Shown: in pieces, positions 63,811-64,000 of the stretch | How the letters are laid out: the number at the start of each line of letters is the position of its first letter | How positions within the stretch are numbered: position 1 is the stretch's first letter | Assembly: GCA_965644265.1 (NCBI GenBank) | Contig: OZ286463.1 | Location: 51,398,001 to 51,462,000 of the forward strand | DNA: 64,000 nt | Direction of reading: 5' to 3' | From: Glycera tridactyla | Taxonomy: Eukaryota | Made by a program: the position numbers and the translations under genes | The notes under the pieces: model-generated | Database searches by the model: none | What the model was told of the DNA's origin: nothing | The model's input: only the letters and a program-made list of their open reading frames with translations

Positions 63811-64000
63811 TGGTAGTTTCGAGACAATGCATTTTTGATGGTAGAGATGATGTGGGTGTTCCCTTGTTTCATTTGCTGTCATGATAACAAGTCAAATTGT
63901 GGGTGTCTAGCTGTTCCAAGTAGAGATGAGTGTCATAGTTATTTCTCAAGATAAAATGTCATCCGATCTGGCATGACGTCTTGTGAAAGACAAGCCATCC

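Noticed and set aside
63306-63882. Multiple Pro/Glu/Arg/Gly-rich ORFs
   Set aside because: Artefacts of the (GAG)n low-complexity tract.

Overview
Eukaryotic (animal, probably marine invertebrate) genomic DNA with five assembly gaps. The window lies inside one large minus-strand gene, a type IV diacylglycerol kinase (DGKZ/DGKI/rdgA family). I traced five exons with canonical GT-AG sites and matching phases: 40130-40186, 32352-32453, 12273-12425, 6424-6662 and 5370-5544. They encode the C1a/C1b linker, C1b, the MARCKS-like basic stretch and the start of the catalytic domain. I found neither the upstream C1a exons nor the downstream exons, which probably lie outside the window. The introns are full of mobile DNA: an apparently intact ~3.7 kb APE+RT LINE whose ORF begins with a virus-like 2A StopGo motif (GDIELNPGP), many TA-flanked Tc1/mariner-type MITEs, TIR elements with other termini, three Helentron-type (HINE) elements with internal satellite arrays, SINE-like repeats, minisatellites and local duplications. 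The best leads are the 2A-LINE inserted in sense orientation, a candidate frame-preserving 21-nt microexon inside C1b, a triple perfect CRE array, a CAG-ended element with a 6-bp TSD, and a 45-bp minisatellite born inside a MITE. Most short ORFs in the supplied track are non-coding artefacts. Element boundaries were read by eye, and family names need database confirmation.
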